From the NCBI GenBank assembly GCA_946059305.1, contig CAMGMU010000001.1, positions 10,354 to 74,353 on the forward strand: a stretch of 64,000 bases of DNA. Direction: 5' to 3'. Under the pieces are notes generated by a model. The model had not been told where the DNA came from. It ran no database searches and was given only the letters and a program-made list of their open reading frames with translations. Positions 36,741 through 46,676 of this stretch are shown in pieces (positions within the stretch are counted from its first letter, which is position 1; the number at the start of each line of letters is the position of its first letter). Position numbers and translations under genes: made by a program. Source of the stretch: an uncultured Bacteroidales bacterium (GTDB lineage Bacteria > Bacteroidota > Bacteroidia > Bacteroidales > Paludibacteraceae).

Positions 36741-38285
36741 TTGCCCGAATATCAGAATGACTTGTGGGAGACCATCAATGTAGCCAACCTGCGTAAGCTC
36801 GTTGCCAAAGGCAAACATACGATTCGAAAAGTCTTTAAGGTTCGCCCCAATCGTGCTGGTCAGCAGAATTTCGAGGTGCTGCTTCTGCCTGTAGAGAAAG
36901 ACGACAAGAGCAATTTTGTGTTGGTCAGCAAATGTATCGACGACTTGGTGGCGCACGAAGAGCAGGAGAAGCAACGGCTTCAAGCCGCCCGAAACGAAGC
37001 CGAATTGGCTCGTCAAGAAGCCGAGGCTTCGAGAGACTTGGCCAATGATGCTCGGCGTGAAGCAGAAGCATCAAGAGACTTGGCCAATGCTGCTCGGCGT
37101 GAAGCAGAACAGGCGCGTACTGCGGCCGAAACGGCCAACAAAGCCAAGACCGATTTCCTCTTCAGCATGAGCCATGATATCCGTACGCCTATGAACGCCA
37201 TCATTGGCTTCTCTGATATCATCCGCAAACACGTCAACGACCCCAAAGCCGTATTACATTACCTTGATAAACTTCAGTCTGCCAACGGTTTCCTCCTCTC
37301 CCTCATCAATAATGTGCTCGAGATGGCGCGCATCGAAAGCGGTAAGGAGCGACTCGATGAGATTCCGATGAATATCCACGATTCCTGCGATGGGCTACGA
37401 AGCATTTTCGAAAACCGATTCCGTGATAAAAGCATCACGTTTGAGCTACAAATCAACGTGCAACACGCAGATATTTGGGGTGACAGCACCAAGGTTCATG
37501 AAGTCTATCTGAATCTGCTCAGCAATGCCGAGAAATACACCCCTGTTGGTGGACATGTACACATGAGTGTCAATGAGTTACCTTCAGAATCAGAAGATGT
37601 CGTTATTTACAAAACCATCCTCGAAGACAATGGTATCGGCATGTCGAAGGCCTTCCTCCCCACCCTTTTCGAACCGTTTACCCGCGAGAAGAACTCCACC
37701 GACAGTCGCGTGATTGGTACCGGCCTTGGTATGCCTATCGTGAAGCGACTCGTTGAGCTGATGAACGGCACCATCGAGGTGGAGAGCGAGCTCGGTGTTG
37801 GTACGCGTTTCATCATTACTGTACCGCATCGGATAGTACAAACAACACGCAAAGAAGTGACCATCGAGCATGCTGCTGATGTGCTCGCACCTAAGTTTGC
37901 AGGCAAGCGTATCCTTATGGCTGAAGACAACGAACTCAATGCCGAGATTGCCATCGATATCCTCTGCGATTTGGGCTTCGAAGTGGAGCATGTTACGGAT
38001 GGTATCGAGTGTGTGAACCGCGTGGAGAAAACGCCTGCCGATTACTTCGACCTCATCTTGATGGATATCCAAATGCCCAATATGGATGGCTACAAAGCCA
38101 CACGCATCATCCGCCGATTGGAAGACACTAAGAAAGCCGCACTTCCCATCGTAGCGATGACCGCCAATGCCTTCGACGAAGACCGCCAAAACGCCTTCAA
38201 TGTCGGTATGAATGGCCATATCGCCAAACCCTTTGAACTCGATAAGATGCTCTCTACCATTGCCACTGCCCTGGGATTGCTATAA
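36741..38285 (+). CDS. C-terminal part of the same hybrid histidine kinase (coiled coil, HisKA, HATPase_c, receiver)
   Basis: H-box FSMSHDIRTPMN, G-boxes DNGIGM and GTGLGM, receiver D at LILMDIQMP and K at HIAKP. The only candidate start is the TTG at 36741. Confidence 0.75.
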   Translation: MPEYQNDLWETINVANLRKLVAKGKHTIRKVFKVRPNRAGQQNFEVLLLPVEKDDKSNFVLVSKCIDDLVAHEEQEKQRLQAARNEAELARQEAEASRDLANDARREAEASRDLANAARREAEQARTAAETANKAKTDFLFSMSHDIRTPMNAIIGFSDIIRKHVNDPKAVLHYLDKLQSANGFLLSLINNVLEMARIESGKERLDEIPMNIHDSCDGLRSIFENRFRDKSITFELQINVQHADIWGDSTKVHEVYLNLLSNAEKYTPVGGHVHMSVNELPSESEDVVIYKTILEDNGIGMSKAFLPTLFEPFTREKNSTDSRVIGTGLGMPIVKRLVELMNGTIEVESELGVGTRFIITVPHRIVQTTRKEVTIEHAADVLAPKFAGKRILMAEDNELNAEIAIDILCDLGFEVEHVTDGIECVNRVEKTPADYFDLILMDIQMPNMDGYKATRIIRRLEDTKKAALPIVAMTANAFDEDRQNAFNVGMNGHIAKPFELDKMLSTIATALGLL

Positions 38286-38335
38286 CCAAAAAAATTGGAA
38301 ATATTGCAATTGTTTATATTGGCTATTTCGTTTTT

Positions 38336-38414
38336 GAGGGTCAAAAATTCGCTATAATACGTTTACCCACAATGAATCATTATCTTTTCGAATAGGGAAT
38401 TATTAGAACCCACC
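38336..38414. repeat. Copy A of an 80-bp hairpin-forming repeat element (left end degenerate)
   Basis: It is about 88% identical to 40800-40883 and in the same orientation. It ends in ttagaacccacc. Confidence 0.85.
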
Positions 38415-38522
38415 TATACTTAGAAGGCGAAAATATCATCGTATTGGAATGGCTTGATAAGTTTCCTAATTGCATATTCTTCTCGCTGTCGGGCAGGATA
38501 CACGAAGCAGCGAAGCGATACA

Positions 38523-38588
38523 CATGCAGAGTAAGGCTGTTTTTTTTCAAAACAAGGCTGTTTTTTTCAAAACAAGGCTGTCTGCATG
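38523..38588. repeat. Three tandem 20-bp units (aaggctgtttttttcaaaac) enclosed by a perfect 8-bp inverted repeat
   Basis: catgcaga ... tctgcatg. The units share the caaggctgtt core with the variant units of the array at 12349-12611. Confidence 0.85.
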
Positions 38589-38707
38589 AACTACATTACA
38601 TTGTTTTTTTTTGACGTATAAACTCATTATTTCAAAAACGCAAATTTTTATATCGTTTTCGCAATCGTTTTCGTGATTTTTTATTTGGTCAATTCAATTT
38701 TTTTGTC

Positions 38708-38715
38708 TAATTTTG
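38708..38715 (+). promoter_or_regulatory. -7 box TAATTTTG for the DUF4954 gene
   Basis: The sequence is gtcTAATTTTGcagcc, about 50 nt before the ATG at 38764. Confidence 0.55.
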
Positions 38716-38763
38716 CAGCCGAAAACTATCCCCCTTGAGCCAGGGATTAGCGGCTCAGCAAGG

Positions 38764-40767
38764 ATGAGACAACTTACAGAAAAAGAAATTTTGCAACTCC
38801 AAGCACAGGGTTGCATGGCTGATGATTGGAAGAATATTCGTGTGGCAGAGGGTTTTCTGCCCGAGACCGTAAAAAACGTCTGCTTCAGCGGACAGATTAG
38901 CTTAGGTGTTTTTTCTCAACCCTTCACCCTCGCGGGCGGTATTCCCCGTCCGGCCGGCATCTATCACGCTTCGCTCCACAATGTGGAGGTGGCAGATAAC
39001 TGCCGCATTGCCCATATCCACGAATACATAGCCAATTACCGGATTGGTGAAGGCACGCTGATAGAGAATATAGGTTGTATGGCGGTCGAAGGCGAGTCGG
39101 CTTTTGGTAATGGCGTGAGAGTGGCTGTGCTCAACGAGACGGGCGGCCGAGAAATTACCATCTACGACACGCTCTCTTCGCATGTTGCCTATGCGCTCAC
39201 CATCTATCGTCATCGTCCGGTTTTCATTGAGAAAATGAATGCCCTGATTGATGCCTATATCGCTACCAAACGCTCTGCGATGGGTGAAGTCGGACGCGGG
39301 TGTATCATCCGCGGGTGTCAGTCGATTATTAACGTGCGAATCGGCGATGTTGCCTTATTGGAAGGTGTTCGCAGACTGACCAACGGCTCGATTTGTTCGA
39401 ATCCATCAGCTCCCATCACCATCGGTATGGGCGTGATTTGCGAAGACGTGATTATCCAAAGCGGCAGCCATATCACCGATGCAGCCATGCTCACACGTTG
39501 TTTCGTGGGGCAAGCCTGCCAATTCGGACATGGCTATTCCGCCAGCGACAGCCTTTTCTTCTGCAACTGCCAAGGAGAGAATGGTGAAGCATGCGCCATT
39601 TTTGCTGGCCCGTTTACCGTTACCCACCACAAATCCACCCTCCTTATTGCGGGCATGTACTCCTTCATGAATGCTGGCTCAGGCAGCAATCAAAGCAACC
39701 ACATGTACAAGCTCGGCCCTATCCATCAGGGTATCCTCGAACGAGGCTCCAAAACGGCTTCTGACTCCTATATTCTTTGGCCCGCACGCGTGGGTGCGTT
39801 CTCGCTCGTGATGGGAAGACATGTCACCAATTCTGACACCACTAACCTCCCCTTCTCCTATCTGATTGAGAAAAACAACGGCACGTTCCTCTCGCCCGGC
39901 ATCAACCTCCGAAGTGTAGGCACCATCCGCGATGTTCGGAAATGGCCCAAACGAGATGCACGAAAAGACCCGCATAAGTTCGACCATATCAACTATAACC
40001 TCCTCTCGCCTTTCACCATCCAGAAGATGATCAAGGGCCTCTCCCTTTTGGATAATCTCCGCTATTCGAGTGGCGAACTGAGCGATATCTATTCGTATCA
40101 CAGCACGAAAATCACCAATTCTTCCCTCAAGCGAGGCATCGAGCTCTACCATATTGGAATCGACAAATTCATGGGTAATTCGCTTATCTCGCGCATCGAG
40201 AAAATGTGTCCGGGTGATGGACCTATCTCAGTAGAAGATCTCCGTTGGGCACTCGTTCCTTCTACCCCTATCGGTGAGGGACAATGGGTGGATGTAGCCG
40301 GATTGATTGCTCCCCGCTCGGAGGTGAGCGCTTTGCTGCAGCAGGTTGAATCCGGCGAAATAAGCGATTTGGAAGCCGTTAATCAGGCGTTCGATGTAAT
40401 GGCCGACAATTACTACACCTACGAATGGACGTGGGCGCATGAGCACTTATACGACATGTACCATATACGTCCGGATAAAATCACTCCTCTGCAAGCGATT
40501 ACGCTTATCAAACGTTGGAAAACGGCTGTGGTGTCGCTCGACAATATGGTGTATAACGATGCCAAAAAAGAGTTCAATCTCGCAAGCCGCACAGGCTTTG
40601 GTGCAGATGGCGACAAACAACAGAAAGATCTCGACTTCGAAAACGTTCGCGGAGACTTCGAGAGCAATAGTTTTGTGCGCGAAGTGCAAGACCATATACG
40701 CATTAAGTCAGCCCTTGGCGACCGTATCATAGCCCGCCTCATGCCCGCTACCCAAAAGCAGAAATAA
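38764..40767 (+). CDS. DUF4954 family protein (predicted beta-helix protein of unknown function)
   Basis: 667 aa from the ATG at 38764. The N-terminus MRQLTEKEILQLQAQGCMADDWKNIRV is typical of the family. The ORF-track start at 38713 is a TTG inside the promoter. Confidence 0.75.
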   Translation: MRQLTEKEILQLQAQGCMADDWKNIRVAEGFLPETVKNVCFSGQISLGVFSQPFTLAGGIPRPAGIYHASLHNVEVADNCRIAHIHEYIANYRIGEGTLIENIGCMAVEGESAFGNGVRVAVLNETGGREITIYDTLSSHVAYALTIYRHRPVFIEKMNALIDAYIATKRSAMGEVGRGCIIRGCQSIINVRIGDVALLEGVRRLTNGSICSNPSAPITIGMGVICEDVIIQSGSHITDAAMLTRCFVGQACQFGHGYSASDSLFFCNCQGENGEACAIFAGPFTVTHHKSTLLIAGMYSFMNAGSGSNQSNHMYKLGPIHQGILERGSKTASDSYILWPARVGAFSLVMGRHVTNSDTTNLPFSYLIEKNNGTFLSPGINLRSVGTIRDVRKWPKRDARKDPHKFDHINYNLLSPFTIQKMIKGLSLLDNLRYSSGELSDIYSYHSTKITNSSLKRGIELYHIGIDKFMGNSLISRIEKMCPGDGPISVEDLRWALVPSTPIGEGQWVDVAGLIAPRSEVSALLQQVESGEISDLEAVNQAFDVMADNYYTYEWTWAHEHLYDMYHIRPDKITPLQAITLIKRWKTAVVSLDNMVYNDAKKEFNLASRTGFGADGDKQQKDLDFENVRGDFESNSFVREVQDHIRIKSALGDRIIARLMPATQKQK

Positions 40768-40799
40768 AATGATGAATTTCTAAAAGCTGAAATTTATAA

Positions 40800-40883
40800 G
40801 GTGGGTTCTAAAAATTCGCAATAATACTTGTTACCCACAATTAATCATTATCTTTTCGAATATGGGCATTATTAGAACCCACC
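40800..40883. repeat. Copy B of the 80-bp element, with perfect 12-bp terminal inverted repeats
   Basis: ggtgggttctaa ... ttagaacccacc. Internal complementary blocks are attcg/cgaat and ataat/attat. Confidence 0.85.
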
Positions 40884-41052
40884 ATAAATCTGTCTAACGT
40901 ATTGATATGACGACTTTATTTTCAGAATAACAGCCTGATAAATTGGGCTGTATCTCTCCCAATAATTCATCCCAATAACCTTCCCCGCGCCCTCGTAAGC
41001 AAGCCTTACGGGGGTGCATTTTTGCTCCTTCCAAACATGGAAAATCCATCTT

Positions 41053-41808
41053 TCAATATCCCCCGCATACGCTGATTATCTGCTTGATGCGCGCGCGCAT
41101 CTCCTTGCTTGAAGGCAAACCTGCTGCTGCAAGCCTACGGTCGCAAAGCGCCCAAAAAGCAGGCGAATGGTCACATCTGTCAATATGCGTAAACTCATGC
41201 ACCACCACATATTCGATGCACTCCTTCGGCAAGCGCACCAAGTCGATATTAAACGACATCCTCCGAGTGCCAGGTGTACAACTACCCCACTCTGTTCGCA
41301 TCAGTTTGATGCTGACGTTGAAATACTTGTATTTATTTGGATTGGCGAGCCTCGTAACAGACGACATCTCCTGAGTGAGACGCTCGCTCCATTTCTCAAA
41401 AATCGCTTTAAAAACGGGCATAAACTGCACGTAATAACCTTGATACAAGAGCTTTTTCCGCTCCGCAGGCGTACGATCAGGATGCGCATACAGTATAATC
41501 TCATCCGGCTGGAAATCCACCGACTCACGGCCTCTCTCCAGCTCCACCCTCAGCGGCAATTCCTTACCAAATAACAGGTGCATCTCACCACTCTCATACC
41601 GCAGTTTTTTCTGCTTCTCGCTCCGCTGCTGCAACTTATTCTGAGAACGAAGAATCCACTCATAATGCGCGTTTAAAAAACGCATGATATCATCATTCGT
41701 CATGCCTAATGGCACGCTCATCATTACTTGGCCGGAAGGCTTTACGGTCAGCCTCAGCGTGCGTATACGCTTTACTACCACATCGATATCTAAATCACGA
41801 AATTGCAT
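41053..41808 (-). CDS. YgjP/M48-like metal-dependent hydrolase (DUF45)
   Basis: An HEFTH zinc motif lies near the C-terminus. The ATG at 41808 is preferred because it sits downstream of the promoter box. Confidence 0.75.
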   Translation of the reverse strand: MQFRDLDIDVVVKRIRTLRLTVKPSGQVMMSVPLGMTNDDIMRFLNAHYEWILRSQNKLQQRSEKQKKLRYESGEMHLLFGKELPLRVELERGRESVDFQPDEIILYAHPDRTPAERKKLLYQGYYVQFMPVFKAIFEKWSERLTQEMSSVTRLANPNKYKYFNVSIKLMRTEWGSCTPGTRRMSFNIDLVRLPKECIEYVVVHEFTHIDRCDHSPAFWALCDRRLAAAGLPSSKEMRARIKQIISVCGGY

Positions 41809-41840
41809 ATCGGAATCACCTTTTTCTTTATTTTGCACTG

Positions 41841-41848
41841 CAAAGGTA
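41841..41848 (-). promoter_or_regulatory. -7 box TACCTTTG (minus strand) for the YgjP-like gene
   Basis: Plus-strand caaaggta lies about 33 nt upstream of the ATG at 41808. Confidence 0.5.
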
Positions 41849-41930
41849 GCAAAAATAATTTTATTATGCAAATTATACCAAAAAATTTCGAAATAAATTA
41901 CATTTATTTGGCCATATCAGGAAAAAATAG

Positions 41931-41938
41931 TAATTTTG
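41931..41938 (+). promoter_or_regulatory. -7 box TAATTTTG for the nqr operon
   Basis: The sequence is aaaatagTAATTTTGcatcgg, about 110 nt before the nqrA ATG. Confidence 0.5.
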
Positions 41939-42050
41939 CATCGGATTGTGGATATCTCTGTTTCCACCATCTTTTTTTGCCGTTTCGGCACCCAAAAGCG
42001 TACATTTAAGAGCACATTATTCACAAATTTCATCAATAATTAACTACATT

Positions 42051-43400
42051 ATGAACAAAGTAATCAAACTGACAAAGGGTTTGGACATCCCTATGGAAGG
42101 TAAGGCCGAGCAGCAGGTCATCTCGCTGCCTCAGCCCGAGGTCTTTGCGATTGTTCCAGACCACTACGCCGGCATCAAGCCCAAAATGCTTGTACGCGAA
42201 GGCGATGTCGTAAAAGCAGGTAGCGCCCTGTTCTGCGACAAGAGTCATGAGTCGATGCTGTTCGTATCGCCGGTAAGCGGTAAGGTGATTGCGGTAGAAC
42301 GCGGTGACCGCCGTAAGGTGATGGCCATCCGCATCGAAGCCGACAAGGAGATCGAGTACGAGCACTTTGCAACCGAAGTTAAGAGCGGTGAAGACGTTAA
42401 AGCCCTCCTCCTGAAGGCAGGCATGTGGAGCTACCTGAAGCAGCGTCCATACGACTGCATTGCCATGCCGGAGAAGAGCCCAAAGGCCGTTTTCATCTCT
42501 GCTTTTGATTCGGCTCCGCTTGCGCCTGACTACGATTTCGTGGTAAAAGGTCAAATCAATGCATTGCAAGCAGCCGTTGACGCTTTGAGCAAGATCGCTC
42601 CCGTGTATATCGGCGTGAAAGCCGGTGCAGTAGCAACCGAATGGGCATCGCTCAAGCACTGCACGCTCACCGAGTTTGCAGGCCCGCACCCCGCAGGCAA
42701 CGTAAGCGTACAGATCAACCATGTGCTTCCTATTGCTAAGGGGGAAACGGTGTACACCGTCAATGCGCAAGACCTCTTGATTATCGGTCGCTTCATGACT
42801 ACGGGCAAGGTGGACATGCATCGATTGGTGGCTCTTACCGGTCCTAAGGCTACTACTTTGGCGTATTTCAGCATCCTACCGGGTATGCCTATTGAGTCCC
42901 TCATCCAGAGCCATCTACAGAGCGATGAGGCTGTGCGCGTGATTGAAGGTAACCCGCTCTCCGGACACAAGGCAGAGCTCAACGAAATTATGGAGCCGGC
43001 ACTCAATCAGGTTACGGCTATCGCTGAAGGAACGGAAGCCCGCGATTTCCTCGGATGGATTATGCCGCGTACGGACAATTTCTCGCTCAACAATGCTGTC
43101 GTTGGTAAATGGTTGGCTAAGTTGGGGCGCAAGCATTTCCGATTCGATGCTCGTCTGCTTGGTGGACGTCGTGCTATCATCACTTCGGGTGAATACGATA
43201 AGGTCTTCCCGATGGATATCTATCCGGAATATCTGATCAAGGCTATGATAGCTGGCAACCTAGACCGTATGGAGCAGCTGGGAGCCTACGAGGTAGCCCC
43301 TGAAGACTTTGCGCTTTGCGAATACGTCTGCACCTCTAAGATGCCCCTTCAGGCTATCGTGCGGCAGGCGCTTGACAATATGAAAGCAGAACTCGAATAG
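42051..43400 (+). CDS. nqrA: Na+-translocating NADH:quinone oxidoreductase subunit A
   Basis: 449 aa from MNKVIKLTKGLDIPMEGKA. It is the first gene of a collinear six-gene nqr cluster. Confidence 0.9.
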   Translation: MNKVIKLTKGLDIPMEGKAEQQVISLPQPEVFAIVPDHYAGIKPKMLVREGDVVKAGSALFCDKSHESMLFVSPVSGKVIAVERGDRRKVMAIRIEADKEIEYEHFATEVKSGEDVKALLLKAGMWSYLKQRPYDCIAMPEKSPKAVFISAFDSAPLAPDYDFVVKGQINALQAAVDALSKIAPVYIGVKAGAVATEWASLKHCTLTEFAGPHPAGNVSVQINHVLPIAKGETVYTVNAQDLLIIGRFMTTGKVDMHRLVALTGPKATTLAYFSILPGMPIESLIQSHLQSDEAVRVIEGNPLSGHKAELNEIMEPALNQVTAIAEGTEARDFLGWIMPRTDNFSLNNAVVGKWLAKLGRKHFRFDARLLGGRRAIITSGEYDKVFPMDIYPEYLIKAMIAGNLDRMEQLGAYEVAPEDFALCEYVCTSKMPLQAIVRQALDNMKAELE

Positions 43401-43490
43401 AATGCTCTAAAGACAAAGCCAATATGATTGTTGCTCAGGCTATCCTATCGAGAATAGGCAGCCGAAGCAGGTATTAAAAACAAAAAGTTT

Positions 43491-44708
43491 ATGTTCAATA
43501 AATTATACGATATCGTAGAGAAGATCCGTCCGAATTTTGAAGAGGGCGGAAAACTTCACGCGTTTTGGTCGGTGTTTGACGGCTTCGCAACGTTCTTGTT
43601 CACGCCCAACACCCCGGCCAAACGTATTGGAGCGCAGATCCACGATGGCAACGACTCCAAGCGCACCATGATTATGGTGGTGCTTGCCCTCGTGCCTGCT
43701 ATGCTCTTTGGTATGTACAATGTCGGTTATCAGCATTTCCTGGCTACGGGCGAACTCGTAAAAGGTGCGGTTACTTGCGCCATGTTCTGGAAAGCCTTTG
43801 CCTTTGGTTTGCTGGCCCTGCTGCCGTACATTATTGTAAGTTACCTGGTTGGTCTCGGTATTGAGTTCACGGTGGCTCAATGGAAGCACGAAGAGATTGC
43901 AGAAGGTTTCCTCGTAACCGGTTTCCTGATTCCGCTCATCGTTCCTATCAACACCCCGCTATGGATGGTAGCTATTGCTACTGCTTTTGCAGTTATCTTC
44001 GCTAAGGAAGTGTTTGGCGGTACAGGTTATAACATTTTCAACGTGGCCTTGATTACGCGCGCATTCCTCTTCTTTGCTTATCCAACGAAGATGTCGGGCG
44101 ACCAGGTGTTTGTTCGTACGGAAGGCACTTGGGGTTGGGATAATGGTAAAACGCTCGTAGATGGCTTCTCCGGCGCAACGCCTCTCGGTCAGCTCGCTAC
44201 GGCTCCTGATGCTACGGCTCAGATTCACGACACCCTCGGCTCGCCGATGACGCTGCTCGATGCTATGAACGGCCTCTATCCCGGCTCTGTAGGTGAGACC
44301 TGCGTTTGGGCTATTGCGCTTGGCGCTTTGCTCCTGCTCGTTACCGGTGTGGCCAGCTGGAAGACCATGCTCTCCGTGTTTGTAGGCGGTGGCGTTACGG
44401 CTGCTCTCTTCAACCTCTCGGGCGCTACGGCTGTAGCTGCTACTCCTTGGTATATGCACCTCGTACTCGGCGGTTTCGCGTTCGGTGCTGTCTTCATGGC
44501 TACCGACCCTGTTACCTCCGCTCGCACCGAGGTAGGTAAGTATATCTACGGCTTCATGATTGGTATGGTAGCTATCATCGTTCGCGCGCTCAACCCCGGT
44601 TATCCTGAAGGTATGATGCTCGCTATCCTTTTGATGAACTGTCTTGCTCCGCTCATCGACTGGTGCGTAGTACAAGTTAATATCTCTAAACGAATGAAAC
44701 GCGCATGA
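43491..44708 (+). CDS. nqrB: Na+-NQR subunit B
   Basis: 405 aa, polytopic, with the FMN-attachment region GFSGATPL. Confidence 0.9.
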   Translation: MFNKLYDIVEKIRPNFEEGGKLHAFWSVFDGFATFLFTPNTPAKRIGAQIHDGNDSKRTMIMVVLALVPAMLFGMYNVGYQHFLATGELVKGAVTCAMFWKAFAFGLLALLPYIIVSYLVGLGIEFTVAQWKHEEIAEGFLVTGFLIPLIVPINTPLWMVAIATAFAVIFAKEVFGGTGYNIFNVALITRAFLFFAYPTKMSGDQVFVRTEGTWGWDNGKTLVDGFSGATPLGQLATAPDATAQIHDTLGSPMTLLDAMNGLYPGSVGETCVWAIALGALLLLVTGVASWKTMLSVFVGGGVTAALFNLSGATAVAATPWYMHLVLGGFAFGAVFMATDPVTSARTEVGKYIYGFMIGMVAIIVRALNPGYPEGMMLAILLMNCLAPLIDWCVVQVNISKRMKRA

Positions 44709-45391
44709 AACTGAATACGAATGGAAACGTATATACGATAGTATATGCCTCCGTAATGGTGATCATCGTAGCGCTTCTTCTGGCAGTAGTGAGTGCTGCT
44801 CTTAAGCCGCGTCAGGATGCCAACGTGAAGCTCGATACGCAGAAGCAGATTCTCGCATCGCTCAACCTCCGCGACCTCGACAATGCTGCTGCTGAAAAAT
44901 TCTACGATGAGAATATCAAAGAAGTGACTTGCGACAAATGCCAACTCTCTTGGTTTGAGGCTAACCTCAACGGCGAGAAGAAATATATTCTTCCCGTGCG
45001 TGGTGCCGGTCTCTGGGGCCCGATTTGGGGATACATCGCAGTCAACAACGACAAGCAAACCATCTATTCCGTGTTCTTCAACCACGATAGTGAGACCCCT
45101 GGTCTGGGTGGCGAAATCAAGAACTACAGCGTCTTCCAGCAGCAGTTTGAAGGCAAACCCGTGCTCGGTACTTCCGGCAAGGGCATCCTCATCGAGAAAG
45201 CCGGAAACGGCGGCGATGTAGATTGCATCTCGGGCGCTACCATCACCTCTAAGGGCGTAGAATCCATGCTCATCAGTGGATTGGCTCCTTACGTGGAAGC
45301 TGGATGGTTTGACCAATTGGAACCAGCACTCGATATGAAGACGGTGATAAATGAAAATGAAGTAGAAAATCGCGAATGCGATGAAAAATAA
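44705..45391 (+). CDS. nqrC: Na+-NQR subunit C
   Basis: 228 aa with an N-terminal TM helix and the FMN-binding SGATITS motif. It has an ATGA overlap with nqrB. Confidence 0.9.
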   Translation: MKLNTNGNVYTIVYASVMVIIVALLLAVVSAALKPRQDANVKLDTQKQILASLNLRDLDNAAAEKFYDENIKEVTCDKCQLSWFEANLNGEKKYILPVRGAGLWGPIWGYIAVNNDKQTIYSVFFNHDSETPGLGGEIKNYSVFQQQFEGKPVLGTSGKGILIEKAGNGGDVDCISGATITSKGVESMLISGLAPYVEAGWFDQLEPALDMKTVINENEVENRECDEK

Positions 45392-45402
45392 TTGTGATTG
45401 CT

Positions 45403-46035
45403 ATGGCAAAGTTACTTTCTGATAAGACGCGTGAGGCCTTTATGGGTCCTCTTAACGCAAACAACCCTGTGGTTGTACAGATCTTGGGTATCTGCTCTGC
45501 TTTGGCAGTTACCGTACAGCTCAAGAATGCGCTGGTAATGGGTGTGGCCGTTACGGTTATCGTGGCGCTCGCCAATGTGGTAATCTCCGCATTGCGCAAC
45601 ACCATCCCCGGACGTATTCGTATTATTGTGCAGCTGGTAGTAGTTGCCGCTTTGGTGACACTCGTAAGCGCCATCCTGAAAGCGTTCCTCTACGATGTAT
45701 CAGTAGCCCTATCCGTGTATATCGGATTGATTATTACCAACTGTATCCTGATGGGACGCTTGGAGGCGTATGCTATGTCTAACGGCCCGTGGGACTCGTT
45801 TATGGATGGTCTGGGCAATGGTCTTGGATATACCTGGGTACTCGCTGTGATTGCTTTCGTGCGTGAGCTCCTCGGCTCTGGAAGCATCTTCGGTTTCCAG
45901 GTTATTCCTGACTGGTGCTACGAGCACGGCTATGTCAACAACGGTATGATGATGATGCCTGCTATGGCGCTCATCCTCGCCGGATGTATCATCTGGGCAC
46001 ATCGTGCTCTTAACGATAAGGAGGACAAGAAATAA
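45403..46035 (+). CDS. nqrD: Na+-NQR subunit D
   Basis: [13 protein letters not shown]...[22 protein letters not shown] at 45394 is an alternative start. Confidence 0.85.
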   Translation: MAKLLSDKTREAFMGPLNANNPVVVQILGICSALAVTVQLKNALVMGVAVTVIVALANVVISALRNTIPGRIRIIVQLVVVAALVTLVSAILKAFLYDVSVALSVYIGLIITNCILMGRLEAYAMSNGPWDSFMDGLGNGLGYTWVLAVIAFVRELLGSGSIFGFQVIPDWCYEHGYVNNGMMMMPAMALILAGCIIWAHRALNDKEDKK

Positions 46036-46661
46036 TGGAACACGCTATCAGTTTGTTTGTTCGCTCGATTTTTGCGGACAATATGATTTTCGCATTCTTC
46101 TTGGGAATGTGCTCGTATTTGGCTGTATCCAAGAACGTGAAGACCTCGTTTGGACTCGGTATTGCCGTAACGTTTGTGTTGCTGGTGACCGTGCCCGTTA
46201 ACTACCTGCTTCAGAAGTTCGTGTTGGGTCCTGACTGCTTGGTGGAGGGCGTTGACTTGAGCTACCTCAGCTTTATCCTCTTCATCGCTGTAATTGCAGC
46301 TATCGTGCAACTCGTAGAGATGATCGTGGAGAAATTCAGCCCCTCGCTCTATGCCGCACTCGGTATCTTCCTGCCGCTTATTGCTGTGAACTGCGCCATC
46401 ATGGGTGCATCGCTTTTCATGCAGCAGCGTGTCGTGCTCGACCCCATGGATCCGAAGGCAATTACCTCAATTGGCGATGCTGTGATGTATGCACTCGGCA
46501 GCGGTATCGGTTGGATCTTGGCAATCTGCGCTCTTGCAGGTATTCGTGAGAAAATGGAGTATAACGATGTACCCAAGCATTTGCAGGGTCTTGGCATCAC
46601 CTTCATCGTAGTAGGTTTGATGGCTATGGCGTTCATGTGCTTCTCGGGTCTTAACATTTAA
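46035..46661 (+). CDS. nqrE: Na+-NQR subunit E
   Basis: 208 aa with 6 TM helices and a TAATG overlap with nqrD. Confidence 0.9.
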   Translation: MEHAISLFVRSIFADNMIFAFFLGMCSYLAVSKNVKTSFGLGIAVTFVLLVTVPVNYLLQKFVLGPDCLVEGVDLSYLSFILFIAVIAAIVQLVEMIVEKFSPSLYAALGIFLPLIAVNCAIMGASLFMQQRVVLDPMDPKAITSIGDAVMYALGSGIGWILAICALAGIREKMEYNDVPKHLQGLGITFIVVGLMAMAFMCFSGLNI

Positions 46662-46676
46662 TAAGGAGGACAGACA

